DNA of 63,914 nucleotides, counting the filler, from Perkinsus olseni (Eukaryota), in NCBI GenBank assembly GCA_013115125.1. It is 4 parts of 4 records of this genome, joined end to end, with 100 filler letters (N's around TTAATTAATTAA, not from the genome) between each part and the next. Parts side by side here need not be neighbours in the genome. Positions count along the whole stretch, not along the records: positions 34,565 to 51,723 come from JABANN010000655.1; positions 51,824 to 63,914 come from JABANN010000804.1; 2 more parts are not named here. One strand, given 5' to 3'. Shown here piece by piece: positions 47,814 through 60,556 of the stretch. The translations under genes and the position numbers were made by a program. Within the stretch, counting starts at the first letter, position 1. Every line of letters starts with the position of its first letter. The notes under the pieces are model-generated. The model was not told the origin of the DNA. It saw only the letters and a list, made by a program, of their open reading frames with translations, and searched no databases.

Positions 47814-49136
47814 CTAAGTTCCGACAAGCCTTAGCACAAGATGAAGCGTCGACCCTTCCTTGATGCCATAGTCTTGTATTGCACGGCCGTCCTCTAGTTG
47901 TCTGCCCATGAAGATCAGCCTCTGGGCCTGGGGAGGGATGCCTTCACAGTCTTGAATTCTATCCTTCACATCCTCAGTTTTGTAGTGCTCAAAACAACGG
48001 AACGTAATAGTCCTGTGCGTCAGTGTTATAGCATGAACGGTGAAGGGGGATCCGCGGACACAGCCACTCACAGCGAGCTCAGCTCCACGACGAACTGCCG
48101 ACAAGGTCTCATCCGATAGGCGCTCGTCATCACCGAGTTCGCGTCCATTGAAAGACAAACGTGAGTTTCTATCGTACCCTTCCCTCCACAGGGCGCGTCG
48201 GATGCCTGCCACGCTGATGCATGGAGTAACGGCTAGTTGGAACACAGTGTTTGCCGAGTCCCTCACCCTTACTGTTAACGGCCGCTTGAGACTCAGCAAT
48301 ACCAACCGCGAACGTTCATTCACACCCCAGTCACAGAGACGCCCACTCCCCAACTCCTGTTCATTGAACATCAATCGTTGACGATGAGGAGGAAAGCCCG
48401 TCTCCTGCTGCACCATCTCCTTCACCCGCGCCACCGTGTAGGAGGCAAGAGCATAGATGGAGGCGAACCCGCCGTCAAGAGTATCCGCCCTCACATAAAG
48501 CCTCCCCACAGCTTTCACCCTCAGACGTACGAAACCCTCTGCCTCGATACCCAACTCGCTGGCAGTAATCCCACAAAGTTGAGCAACATCATCATTCTCT
48601 CCATAGATCCGATGCTGTGCGAGCGGGATCCCCCAGCTGTCCCGAATTTCCCGTTTCACCTCGGCGATGGTGGTCGATGGAGTGACGTCGATCTCAATGG
48701 GACGATCCCCATACGTCAAGGGCCCGACCTTGATGGTGGTAACGGTAATGAGACGGACGACGACATGTCGAGTGAGTTGTCTACTCAAGTACTCGGCAAC
48801 AGCACGATAATCTTGCTTGATGCTGCCGGGCACCACCAGCCTCTGATCATCCGCCGATACACCAGTAACCTCCTCGATCTTACCCTTGATAGTTGAAATT
48901 GTATCGGAAGCATCAACAGATATCCACACAGGGGCACCGGTGAGTCTTCTCACAGAAATAGTCTTAAGCTCTCTCGCCAGTTGCGACATTTCGACGTCTA
49001 CCACGACTGCTGGGTTATACCCACCAACCTCGGAGAGGAAGAAGTAGGCGGGCATGATTAGTTGAGGACTTAGCCACCTGCACCAGAAATGACATCGCGG
49101 CCGAAGAGGTGCTACCATCGGGTATGCAAGTGGCAC
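47814..49136 (-). CDS. protein with five tandem divergent ubiquitin-like domains
   Basis: Five beta-grasp-like units; the last is closest to ubiquitin ([48 protein letters not shown]) but ends VGT. The true start may be MSQLARE. Confidence 0.88.
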   Translation of the reverse strand: MPLAYPMVAPLRPRCHFWCRWLSPQLIMPAYFFLSEVGGYNPAVVVDVEMSQLARELKTISVRRLTGAPVWISVDASDTISTIKGKIEEVTGVSADDQRLVVPGSIKQDYRAVAEYLSRQLTRHVVVRLITVTTIKVGPLTYGDRPIEIDVTPSTTIAEVKREIRDSWGIPLAQHRIYGENDDVAQLCGITASELGIEAEGFVRLRVKAVGRLYVRADTLDGGFASIYALASYTVARVKEMVQQETGFPPHRQRLMFNEQELGSGRLCDWGVNERSRLVLLSLKRPLTVRVRDSANTVFQLAVTPCISVAGIRRALWREGYDRNSRLSFNGRELGDDERLSDETLSAVRRGAELAVSGCVRGSPFTVHAITLTHRTITFRCFEHYKTEDVKDRIQDCEGIPPQAQRLIFMGRQLEDGRAIQDYGIKEGSTLHLVLRLVGT

Positions 49137-50313
49137 GTCAGGTTACGAAAGCGAAAAGCGCACAGTACTAACCAAGTCGATTCGGCTCAGTCGAGAAGTC
49201 GACCAAGGATTGGCAGCGCACCCGCACAACACCATTCAACACAGCCCGTGACGATGATGAGGAATGAATAACAGTGAATACTATCTCCCTTGGAGATCCT
49301 TCTGCTGCCCTTGAACTGCGGCAGGGTCATGCGGTGAACAACAAGCGAGCGAGATTCGTGCGCATGGCACGCGAGCCCGAGTTCTGTTTATAATCATCGT
49401 AAACTTAACACGTGTCGCTGCTCCACGTGTATGTATAAGCAGCACCACCAGACTCCGTTAATCTATGTGTGCATGGCACAAGAGATCCGGCATCTTTAGC
49501 CCGCGCCACGCGAAACTGCTTTTCGACGGAGCTTCTCCAACTCGTTGCACAGCAACGGCTGCAAACCAGCATCCACGATGGTGTGTGGAACTTCCTATGA
49601 ACAACCTCGGCCGAGAAGAACGGCTGAGCCTCCATCTTCAGCGGTTCACGACCGACAAAGATACCGAACGGAACACTCTCGTCCTTTCTAGAATACTCTG
49701 CCCTCTCCGAGCAACCTGAAAACAGAGAAAAACGAGGTCATCATAGAGAACTTGTGCCTCAACTCAGTGCGGAACAAGTGCCTGAGTAGGAGAGACAGAC
49801 TGTGGCTGACCCACCCGAAAGCGGGGACTCCTTCAATACCTCATCATGGTGTATCAATGAATAGCCGCAGATGAGGAAGAACAGAGAGGCGCAAGTTGTT
49901 GCTGGCAGCCTCTGCCACGAAGCAGAATGAGCCTATTAGATAGGCCACAGATGACCGACCGTCTGCCATATACAAGATGTTTCGAAGTGCACTCTCCAAC
50001 TAGCGCTCAGTCACGTCCGAATTGGGTCAAGGTTGGGTATCACTGCTGTTCGACGGTGCCTGCCGATTGAATAACTGCTCACATGACAGGAATATAATCT
50101 CAAGTACAGCCATGCACAGCAAGGCGACTCTGAGTCGCACTACAACAGGTAGGAGAATCGCTGATGAACTGGGAGGTTCGATAGCACATCACAGCTGATG
50201 TGATGAAAAAGTAGCATAGATAAAATCATCAGAGCCCTGCTCAGAGGCAGGTGTACATTTCCAATTGGGCTCCTCATCGAGAGGGAGATGCCGGTTACTA
50301 CAGAACAGGCGGA

Positions 50314-51192
50314 TCATTTTACACTCGAGTCCAAAGTCAGAGTTTTATCATCTTCAACGCCTCTAACAACTAGCTTGCCACCTTCAACAGGACACAAACA
50401 GACGTCTGGTAGTGATCCTCCTTCGAGTTTGAAACAACCAGTGGAAGAATAATCCTCAGCCGGGACCAATAACGCATCCCCAGACAACACCAACTCTAGC
50501 TCGTCATTGGTCGAGATGAGGAGGACATGTTGGCGTCCATCGTCTCCGAGCTCAACATCCACCGAGGTTAGTGGATGGGAATAGTGTCCATTCCTGATGG
50601 CCCTGGTAGGAACTGTCTCCAATCGTTTATTAGGCGGCTGATCAACGCCTCCTTCGGTTTTTCGAGAGGTCGATGGTTGAACGAAATGTCCGGCGAAAGT
50701 GAAATGCACTGGTAAGCCAAGATCGATGTATTTGTTAGAAGGTCCTCGGACGGCACTCATGAACAGCGTCAATGTCGGCTTGCTTTCGGTGTGAACCTTC
50801 CTCCAGCACAGTAGGACCTTAACGCCCGTGTCTCGTTGCGTGCCGGTCTTCAACGCGAGGTAGGCCGATATCTCTTCAATGAATGCGCGAGAGAAATAGA
50901 AACATTTTATAATTCCGTGCCTCCGTGAGAGAGGAGGACTCAACATGCGACGTGCCAGCTGAAAAAATCCATACCGGAAGGTTCTCGGGCCGGTCGATTT
51001 ATCAAGGAGAGCAATGCCCGCCACGCCAGGACCATCCAGAGTGTAATTGACGGATATGCAAACTGACCTGATATCTCCGAGCCCGCGCGGGACCGAGGTT
51101 GCGAGATAGACACCCTCCGGAGGGACATCATCTGCGTAAGCAGGGTAGAGCAGACTGACTAGTAGAAGACCTCTGCTGATGTTGAGTACCAT
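50314..51192 (-). CDS. secreted hypothetical protein
   Basis: Intact 292-aa ORF with a signal-peptide-like N-terminus (MVLNISRGLLLVSLLYPAYA-DD). Confidence 0.7.
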   Translation of the reverse strand: MVLNISRGLLLVSLLYPAYADDVPPEGVYLATSVPRGLGDIRSVCISVNYTLDGPGVAGIALLDKSTGPRTFRYGFFQLARRMLSPPLSRRHGIIKCFYFSRAFIEEISAYLALKTGTQRDTGVKVLLCWRKVHTESKPTLTLFMSAVRGPSNKYIDLGLPVHFTFAGHFVQPSTSRKTEGGVDQPPNKRLETVPTRAIRNGHYSHPLTSVDVELGDDGRQHVLLISTNDELELVLSGDALLVPAEDYSSTGCFKLEGGSLPDVCLCPVEGGKLVVRGVEDDKTLTLDSSVK

Positions 51193-51723
51193 AGGCTAGC
51201 TGATGGGTGCTCAACTGAAAGGCGGTGACGGTTAGACGTGAATTTGAGAGTAAGAGGGAATGAGAATGCAAACGAAGAGCTAAGAGGCGAATGGCAGTGC
51301 AAGGCCCTCCCTCAACGATTGGTGGGAACACAATCTTGGAAGGTATGAATGCTCGACGGAAGTGGCTGAGTGAAACATGCGGCTCACAGTTGGTCGTCGC
51401 CGTAGTTTATCACACGGTTAGCAACTTACGCTACAAGCGCGGTCTGCAGGCGCAACACAAGTCATAGCGGAAGACACTACACTCTGATAGGACGAATAGA
51501 AGGGAGCACTCCTCACATCGTCAGGACTGGCCACCAGCACGTCACTCGAGACATGAGCCAGGGTCAATTTCTGGGAGGGGCGGAGGAGTGTCTTACCCGT
51601 AGGCTAGGGGCCGTAGCGGCCGCGGGCGAAAGGTTCTGCGGACAATTGAGCTACACCATTTCCAGACCTACTTAGTAAAACCCCAGAGCAAATTAGTAAA
51701 TCCCCAGAGCAATTTAATAAAGC

Positions 51724-51823
51724 NNNNNNNNNNNNNNNNNNNNNNNNNNNNNNNNNNNNNNNNNNNNTTAATTAATTAANNNNNNNNNNNNNNNNNNNNN
51801 NNNNNNNNNNNNNNNNNNNNNNN
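51724..51823. other. artificial contig linker
   Basis: Ns with a central TTAATTAATTAA. Confidence 0.97.
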
Positions 51824-52138
51824 ATTATTATTAGTATTATTATTAGTATTATTATTAGTATTATTATTAGTATTATTATTAGTATTATTATTAGTAGTAT
51901 TATTAGTATTATTATTAGTNNNNNNNNNNNNNNNNNNNNNNNNNNNNNNNNNNNNNNNNNNNNNNNNNNNNNNNNNNNNNNNNNNNNNNNNNNNNNNNNN
52001 NNNNNNNNNNNNNNNNAGTAGTATTATTAGTAGTATTATTAGTAGTATTATTAGTAGTATTATTAGTAGTATTATTAGTAGTATTATTAGTAGTATTATT
52101 AGTATTATTATTAGTATTATTATTAGTATTATTAGTAT
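51824..52138. repeat. TAT/TAG compound micro/minisatellite with internal N gap (51920-52016)
   Basis: Units such as TAGTATTATTAT and TAGTAGTATTAT. Confidence 0.9.
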
Positions 52139-52159
52139 CATTGTTGTTGTTTTTATTAG

Positions 52160-52434
52160 GTTATTGGTGACGGCATGTGACTCCAGAGTTCGGGTCATAC
52201 ATCTGCGTGACTTCTCTAGGAGGACTAAGATGAAATCAACATCAATATATACTAATGATAATCTCATGTTACAGAGTAGATATTCTTATTATGAAGGAAG
52301 GGTCCTGGCAGCAAGTGAGAAAGGCTATATTTGTATATGGAAATTAGATTATACCAAGGAATCAACTAATGATAAACCTGAGGTATGTGATATATTACTA
52401 AGATCGAGAGGTAATAATAACAACAACAACAAGG

Positions 52435-52503
<69 letters not shown>

Positions 52504-53424
52504 GGAAGAGTGTTGATAATCCTGCTGTGCTTAGTGATACCTTCTCTTCGTCATTCAGGTGCATGGTCATCACAGTATTCATTTGCCAATAGCAACAGCA
52601 ACCTGAAAACTGATTATGATTATGATAGACATGAGATCAATCATAAAGTCTTATCGACTCCTCTACAATCATCATCATCATCATCATCATCATCACCCAG
52701 TAACATTCGACCAACCCCTGTTGTGGTATCGTCGAATGATACACCATCATCATCACCACCACCATTGCCATCATCATCATCACCACCATTGCCGCCATCG
52801 TCATCATCAATTGTTATACATAAATCGAGAGGGATTGACAACAATGCCCCACCACCACCCCCACCAGCAGCAGCACCTGCCGCCGCTGCTGCTGCTAACA
52901 CATATCCACCACTGACAGCCTCTTTCATAAGTAGGTGCCCGTTGTTATTATCAGTATTCACATGAATACCTCTCCTTCTCCTCCTTATCTTTCTTCTTCT
53001 TCTTCTTCTCAGTGCCTATTGGATACAGCATGAAAGGTCATCCATTGTGTGACTCAGTACTAGCCCAGTTGGGTCTACTACCAACCCTCTCCAAGGATTC
53101 TGGTACTAACCATCAGCATCGTCATCATGGTCATGAGTGTGATGATGATGATAAGACCCAACATGGTCCTTGTGTCCAGGTCCAAGCTTGATAGTGGTAG
53201 CCTCATCTCAAGGGGTGGTCAGAGTATGTATGGAGTTGAATGATAATGAAGATGGTCACCATACTCCAACCTCATCATCATCAACGCCATTAATATCATC
53301 ATCAACATTACTACCTCCACCCTTGGGTATAGGAAGAAGGACTACTGCCTCCGCCGGTATGCTCTATCCTAACCACCCGCCCACTGCAGCAGCAGCAGCA
53401 GCATACTATCATGCCTTTAAATAG
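52160..53424 (+). CDS. 3' part of a WD40 protein (WDR44-like)
   Basis: LLVTACDSRVRV...N..LQSRYS...LAASEKGYICIW and the later LIVVASSQGVVRV resemble the C-terminal blades of WDR44; poly-N/S inserts; exon structure uncertain. Confidence 0.65.
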
Positions 53425-53910
53425 TGATGCTGCTGCTCCTCATCATCACAATTCACAATAGGCAAAAACGGCAGAAGTAGGGAAATGATGGAAGTGGGTG
53501 GTTGAATCACCTTGGCTGAGATAACGACAAGAACGATGACGACTCTGACCACCACCACCACCACCAGCAGCAGAGGGGGAAAGAACAACGGGCAAGGAGG
53601 TGCTGGAACGACGACCTCAGACATCAGGCAGCACAGGCAGCCTTACACCTGTCTATCCCTACTCAAACGACACTCTGCCATGCTCACTCATCATCATTAC
53701 CACAACAACAACACTGCAACTGCTACTACTACTACTATCATCTTGTAGTCACTGTTGCTATGTTGAGCATACGATTAGTATAAGTCCATCCTCCTTATCA
53801 TTACCCTTCATCCAATTGTTTCCAGTCAACGAGTAGTGTTGAGTGCTTGGTACTAACGATAAATATGACATTGGTATTCTAATTCTCATATTCAGTCTCA
53901 TATCGGTCCT

Positions 53911-55945
53911 ATGGAGTACAACTACCCCATACCCACCACTACTACGGCTCCTATTGATGATGATGACGAGGAGGAGGAGGAGCGGAGGTTGAATGCCACT
54001 ACTGCTGCGAAGGACATGCTAGATAATGCATTATCAAGTGACTATATCATACCAACTCTCCCATCTTCGAATTATACTATATTCAACAGCCACAATGCCT
54101 CTACGACACCTATAATAGTACATCTATACAACAACAACCAACAACAACAAGGCGAAGGTATTGATAATGGAAAGGAGGATGATAAGAGTAGCATCGGTAA
54201 GAATAATGATGATGATACCAATAAATGGTGGTGGTACTCTAAATCCGTGAGTACCTGTCGTAATTGGTTGGCCAATGTACCCTCATCATCCGGTATGGCA
54301 TTATCTAATAGGATATTGGCGGTGGCTTGCCCAACACAGGCAGGAGGGATGGGTTTGTGGGATATCACGCTTGATAATCGTACTCATTCAACTACTCATC
54401 CTCATGATGATGATGATGATGATGATGATCATGTTGGTGGTGGTGGCGGGGGAGTGAGAGTATCAAAGATGAGACGTATCAACATCATGGGAGGGAGCAG
54501 TGATGATGATAATGATGACATTAGTAGGAGTGACAGTAGTACTAAGAGGAGGAAGAGGCGACGAGGAGGAGGAGGGGCGTCCTCATCATCGATTATTACA
54601 GAAGTTAAATGTCAAGTATTGGGGCCTGATGATGAGTATGCATTCGTGTCCACCCTTGATTCATTCCATTTAACAACAATAAAGCAGCTCAGAGATGAGG
54701 AGGAGGAAGATGTTCATCATGACAATGATGATGATGATGATACTCAAATGCCGGCGCCGCCGCCGCTGCATAACAGCAGTAGCAGTGATGATGATGTTTT
54801 GATGATGAGAGGGCGATATTCTAATCGATGTAAAATATCGGAATGTCGAGGTATTGATACTAGTAGAGTTTTCCCTGGTAGGGCTGCTATTGTTACACCA
54901 ACATCATTATTCCAATATGATCCCCATAAAGATACTCTCATTAAGATATTCGCTGTGGCGGGGGGTAGTCCTGCTCCTGCTACTACTCAGAGATCATCAT
55001 CCCCGCCGCCCCCGCCTTCTCCTGCCTCTACACCATTCTATCCCCCCACTACCAATGCTACTCATCAATCATCAACTGACGAGGACGACGGGTTGGATTA
55101 CAATTACTCTCATGGCTACTCCGGTGGGCACATTAATAATAATAATATCGACAACTTCAGCCCTCTCCATGACCACTCATCATCATCGTTATCATCATTG
55201 TCATCATCTTTAGCATCTAATGATGATAATTATCGTTATGATGTTGATCGTCATCGTCGATTCACTGGTGTTGTATACTCGTACCTCCACCCATCTATAC
55301 TCTTCCTTGGTGGTGTTAGATTATCCACCATTGATATGCGAACTCCGACCTATCCGAAAGTACGAACGTTGAACACACAACCATCACCCTACTATGTTGG
55401 TATGATGCAAAATTGGGATGTTGATGAGATATATTATTGGACATCATTAACGACATTGGGATGCTCATCTCCTTATCAATTGGCAGCAGCAAGCAGACGA
55501 CATGCATGTGTAGCAATCATGGACATACGTGGTGGTACTACTTCGGGGGCGGCTGGAGGAGGAGGTAGTAGTAGTATTATTGCCCAATGGCCTCTTCCTA
55601 CTAGACACAATCTATGGTTATCAATGACATCACAAGATGGTGCTGCTCACTCTACATGCACATCATTACAGTATATACCGAATACTAATGGTCATGGTGC
55701 TGGTGGTGGAGGGAAGGTGATATCATTCATACCATCACCTAATGCATCATCAGTTACAAGCGTAGATTACGATTATAATACTGGTATGTTCTCAAGACCT
55801 ACCTCGATATTTTATGATGATAGGCGAAATAATGGTTTATCGGGCACAGCAGCCTGTCGTCTACTCAATGGTGGTGCTGATAATAATAATACTACTAATG
55901 CAACAACTATAGCTGCCTTGAATTGGAGAGGTCACCTCATGTTAG

Positions 55946-55986
<41 letters not shown>

Positions 55987-56808
55987 GATGGTAGAAGTAT
56001 GCATACCGGAATTCTACCTACTACCAAGTCCAAAGCTGTGAAACCTATCTCCTGTCGCATACGGGATTGGGCACCTCAACTATTACATCATACCACAACA
56101 CCGACAACAGCCCTGATTGATGATGTTGATGATGTGTCTTGTTGTGGTAAGGTGATCAGTAAGTACATTCGGACTGATAGACATCTTATATTACTATTAA
56201 CAGCATTAGGGTTGGTTGAACCATCAAAAGAAGGTGTCTGTGGGAATATTGGAAGTATATCCTGGATGCATCATCTGCAAGCCTCATCATCATCATCATC
56301 TCATAACGTATTAATATCCAATATCATCAGGACGCAGACATCTAATACTACCGGTCTTCGTCATGCCATACACAATGCTTTATCTACCTATCAATGGTTA
56401 CAGAGGACTGCTACACACAGTGGGGGGGATACTAAATGCCCCAGTCATACTCATGCAAGGTGTGGTATGAGATATTGGGATTACCTTGATTTGTACCATC
56501 GAACCATCAGCGGTAGTGGTATCAGAACCATCGCTGGTGATTATGCCTCTGATGACGATGGTGGTGGTGGTGGTGGTGGTGGTGGTGGCATGGTTGATTA
56601 TTGTGAAGGTCCATTAGATAGGGATCACTTGCTGACGGTATTGAGGAGTATGGAGATGGCTAAACTGATCACCATCATCGAGCCTTCACAAGGAGGAGGG
56701 GATCCAAGTGGCGGCAGGAAATACAAGGACTGGATAGCCTTCCCTCTCCATGCCCAACAACGAGAGAAGGAGAGTCTACCAGGAGAAGAATCATCAGCTC
56801 AGAATACC

Positions 56809-56873
<65 letters not shown>

Positions 56874-57141
56874 GATATTATCCTCATCTACGTCCCCGAC
56901 TGATGAAGATAGTCCTGCGCCACCATCACCACCGGTAGCAGCAGGAGAAGAGGGAGGAGGAGGAAATGCGTCAAGCAAGCTTCTCCTGCAGCCCAAAACC
57001 TGCTTGGATATCAACGCCATCGAGCGTCTGATGAATAAATGGAATGATGATGATAATAATGGCGAGGAGGATAACTCAACTACTGCTCATGATAATCGTG
57101 ACAGAAGAAGAAGAACTAAGAGGTACATTAAACTAGCATGA
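53911..57141 (+). CDS. 1076-aa hypothetical protein rich in homopeptide runs, possible degenerate WD40 blades
   Basis: Uninterrupted ORF; GMGLWDI, LSTIDMR and VAIMDIR resemble WD40 ends. Confidence 0.75.
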
Positions 57142-57504
57142 TGATAGTAATACTAATCATTACCATTAATCGTACTATTATCAGTTATCATCATCAGCCT
57201 TCTCGCTCTCTATGTACTTCTGCTGTATAATCATCATCATCGTGATCATTCTTATTATCATTATAACATTGTTGATACCATTTTGCTGCCGCTTCATCGA
57301 TATTGGAGAGGCTTCTTAACTCTATCAACTACTCCCTACCGGATTTTGCTCGAAATAATCGTTATCCTGTTGTTGGTGTTTTCGAATTGTGTTCGATGGT
57401 TACAAAAGGGGCCGCTATCTAACATACGGGATGCCTCCTCCCCCTGGTGGTGGTGTTGTTCATCATTTCTGTGAGCATTTAGTCATATCCTAGTTATTAT
57501 AATA

Positions 57505-57589
57505 ATGCTTATTCGTTATCGGATGTCATTGCGGTTAATAATACGACGAAAACATTCATCATCATCATCGACATTCTCCACGTTATGTA

Positions 57590-57632
<43 letters not shown>

Positions 57633-58692
57633 GAACCCCTTTCCTACTCCAACACCGACTGCATACCGAGGGTCACCTTTATCGCGTATCTTCGAGGGTA
57701 TCATCATCCTACCAACCGTCAAGCGGCGAGCAATAATACCCGCTGCAACCACTAGAAGGCCGTCTTTTGTTATCGTAGATGATGATGATGATGATGATGC
57801 TGCTGCTGCTGCTAGAAACGAGAGTGATAGCACCCTTATACGTGATAAATTCGTGGATTATAACACCAGTATGTATAACTCGGTCGACAACAACAAGAGG
57901 AAGAAGAGGAAGAAGAATGGTGAGAATGAGCGTCATCATCATCAACATCATCATATCCATCACTATTATGATCATGAATATACCACATCATGTATATTAT
58001 CGACGGCTCATGGCCGACATTATGTTTCTATTCTTTGTAGCAGTGGTGGGTATCGTATTAATAACATCTTAATGTTACGTCGGAGGCTCCTACAATCATC
58101 ATCATCGTCAACAACAACAACATCGTCATCATACTACTACTACTGCTGCTATTGGATCATATTGCTTCTCTTCACTCTTTTATTCTTCTCTCTTAATAAT
58201 CCTCGTCAACGGTATTATCATCATCAACATCATGGTGGTGGTGTAACATACTGTGAGGAATGCCCCTCATCTACTCGTTATTTCACATCTAAAGTACATC
58301 AGGAGGAGGTGGGGAATGGACATCATCATCATAACCACTGTGATAATGATAATGATGTTCTCAAGGATTTCCCTGTTGCACGGGAGGATCTTATACGTGA
58401 TCATCGTACGAGTACTATGGAATATGATGATGATGATGATGATAGTCGTGGTGGTGGTGATGATGATCATTTCGATAAAGATTATGATATTAATGATATA
58501 ATAGGTGAGGGTGGTTTTGGTGTGGTCTACCGATGTACTCACAAGCGGACTGGTATAGAGAGGGCTGTGAAAGTGATTAATGCTGATGACATCAAGGATC
58601 TCAGATTATTCCGCAATGAGTTGGATGCTCTACTAGATCTAGATTCACCATATATTGTAAGATTACTGGAATACTATTATTGTGATGATCAT

Positions 58693-58733
<41 letters not shown>

Positions 58734-59071
58734 CGACAACAAGATGAATGATGATCAGGGTGCTGTTAACGCTACAAATCATCATCTTCATCAGCATCAT
58801 CATAAGAGTATTAAATTGGTGTTCTCATTATGCCGTGGACCAGATCTATTAGATCGCATCAGAGATGAAGTGCGGCAGAGGGGTAGAGTAGATGAGGAAG
58901 ATGCTGTCGTATTTTTACGTCATATGTTAAAAGCAGTTGCATGCTGTCATAAATCTGGTATTATACATTGGGATATTAAACCTGAGAATTTCATATTCAC
59001 GAATCCCTCTAAAACAGCTACATTGAAGATGATAGACATGGGGTTATCGCGTCGCCATCTAGCATTACCAA

Positions 59072-59112
<41 letters not shown>

Positions 59113-59256
59113 CCGTCGAGTAGATTGGTTGATGATGACGAGGAGGATGAGGATGGTATGTCACCACTGATGGCCGGCACGTTACGATACATGCCACCTG
59201 AAGTGGTAGTTCTAGCAATAAGACGACTTCGAGGGATGCATCGTAATAGCGACCGC

Positions 59257-59292
<36 letters not shown>

Positions 59293-60312
59293 ACAAGTGT
59301 TTTACCATTATCATCGTTAGATTCTGGTCATCATGGGTATGAGGATAATGAAGGATGTTATGAGGACGGAACCGATCCTCGTAAAGTTGATATATGGGCT
59401 ATTGGTGTTATATTTGCTATGTTATTATCTGGTGTACCTTTATTTAGTTTAACTGATGATGAGGATGTTGTTATAAAAGATATATTGAATCCAGATTATG
59501 TTACCGATCGTATATCCAAATCTAATGAGTATACTCATATATCTGATGATGCATATGATATGTTATGTCATCTATTATCATATAACCCAAGTGATAGATA
59601 TGATGCTAGTGAGGCATTGAATCATCCACTTATTATACAATCATATCAGAGAGATGCGCTACAATTACAATTACATAATAATATACATGAGGTATTTGAT
59701 TTCAATATTATACATCGTATGAGATATTCAACTAGATTACCACCGTTAGCAAGAATATGTAGATTGCTTATCGCTCATCAATGTCGTGATCGCGAGATAA
59801 GACGATTAAGAGATACATTTCGTCGTTTGGATATTGATGGTGATGGTTATCTCGATAAACATGAAATATTGAATGTTTGTGAATATTTTGGTATTAATAT
59901 ACCACACGATTTCGATAAAATATTTGATGCGTGTGATCTTCAACGTAATAATAGATTAAACTTTTTAGAGTTTGTAGCAGCAACTCTAGATGATAATCTG
60001 ACTGATGTGACTTGTGAGTCGGGTAGGACGTTCCTTCAGTACGCCTTTCAACAGCTCAGAAATACTCCCCCCACTCCAACAACATCTAACAACGACAACA
60101 ACAGCGATGATGATAATGATGATGTGATTGATGCTGCCAAGATAAAACAATTCTTCCGGAAAAGTTCCTTCACTGATGATGTGGCACGATTACTAATAAA
60201 GAGTTGTCTTCATGAGGATGATGATGCTCACTCCCGGTCAAGCGACGATGATAATAAGAATACCCTCAACTTCGAACAATTTGCCCAGTGCTTTAAAGCT
60301 TCATCATCATAG
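57505..60312 (+). CDS. calcium-dependent protein kinase-like (kinase plus EF hands) with long N-terminal extension
   Basis: GEGGFG, AVK, HWDIKPEN, DMG, GTLRYMPPE, DIWAIG; EF hands DIDGDGYLDKHE and DLQRNNRLNFLE. Confidence 0.9.
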
Positions 60313-60556
60313 TTATACCATGCTGTTGTTGCTGCCACTGTTGATGTTTATCATTATGAAGGTGGTGTACAGTGATTGTGACAATTACTATGATACAAAA
60401 TTACAAGTGACAATTACAATTACTATTTCTTATCTTCCCTCATGTTGGGTTGTGATTATACTGACGGATGCGATGTTGTTGGTTGCACTAAGACTGTCTA
60501 TAACCCAATAATCTTTGTTGTGGGAAACGAGAGCAAGAGCTAGTTGAATACTCCGA

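Noticed and set aside
52349-59314. Poly-L/M/C/D/T ORFs in alternative frames
   Set aside because: Frame artefacts of trinucleotide microsatellites.
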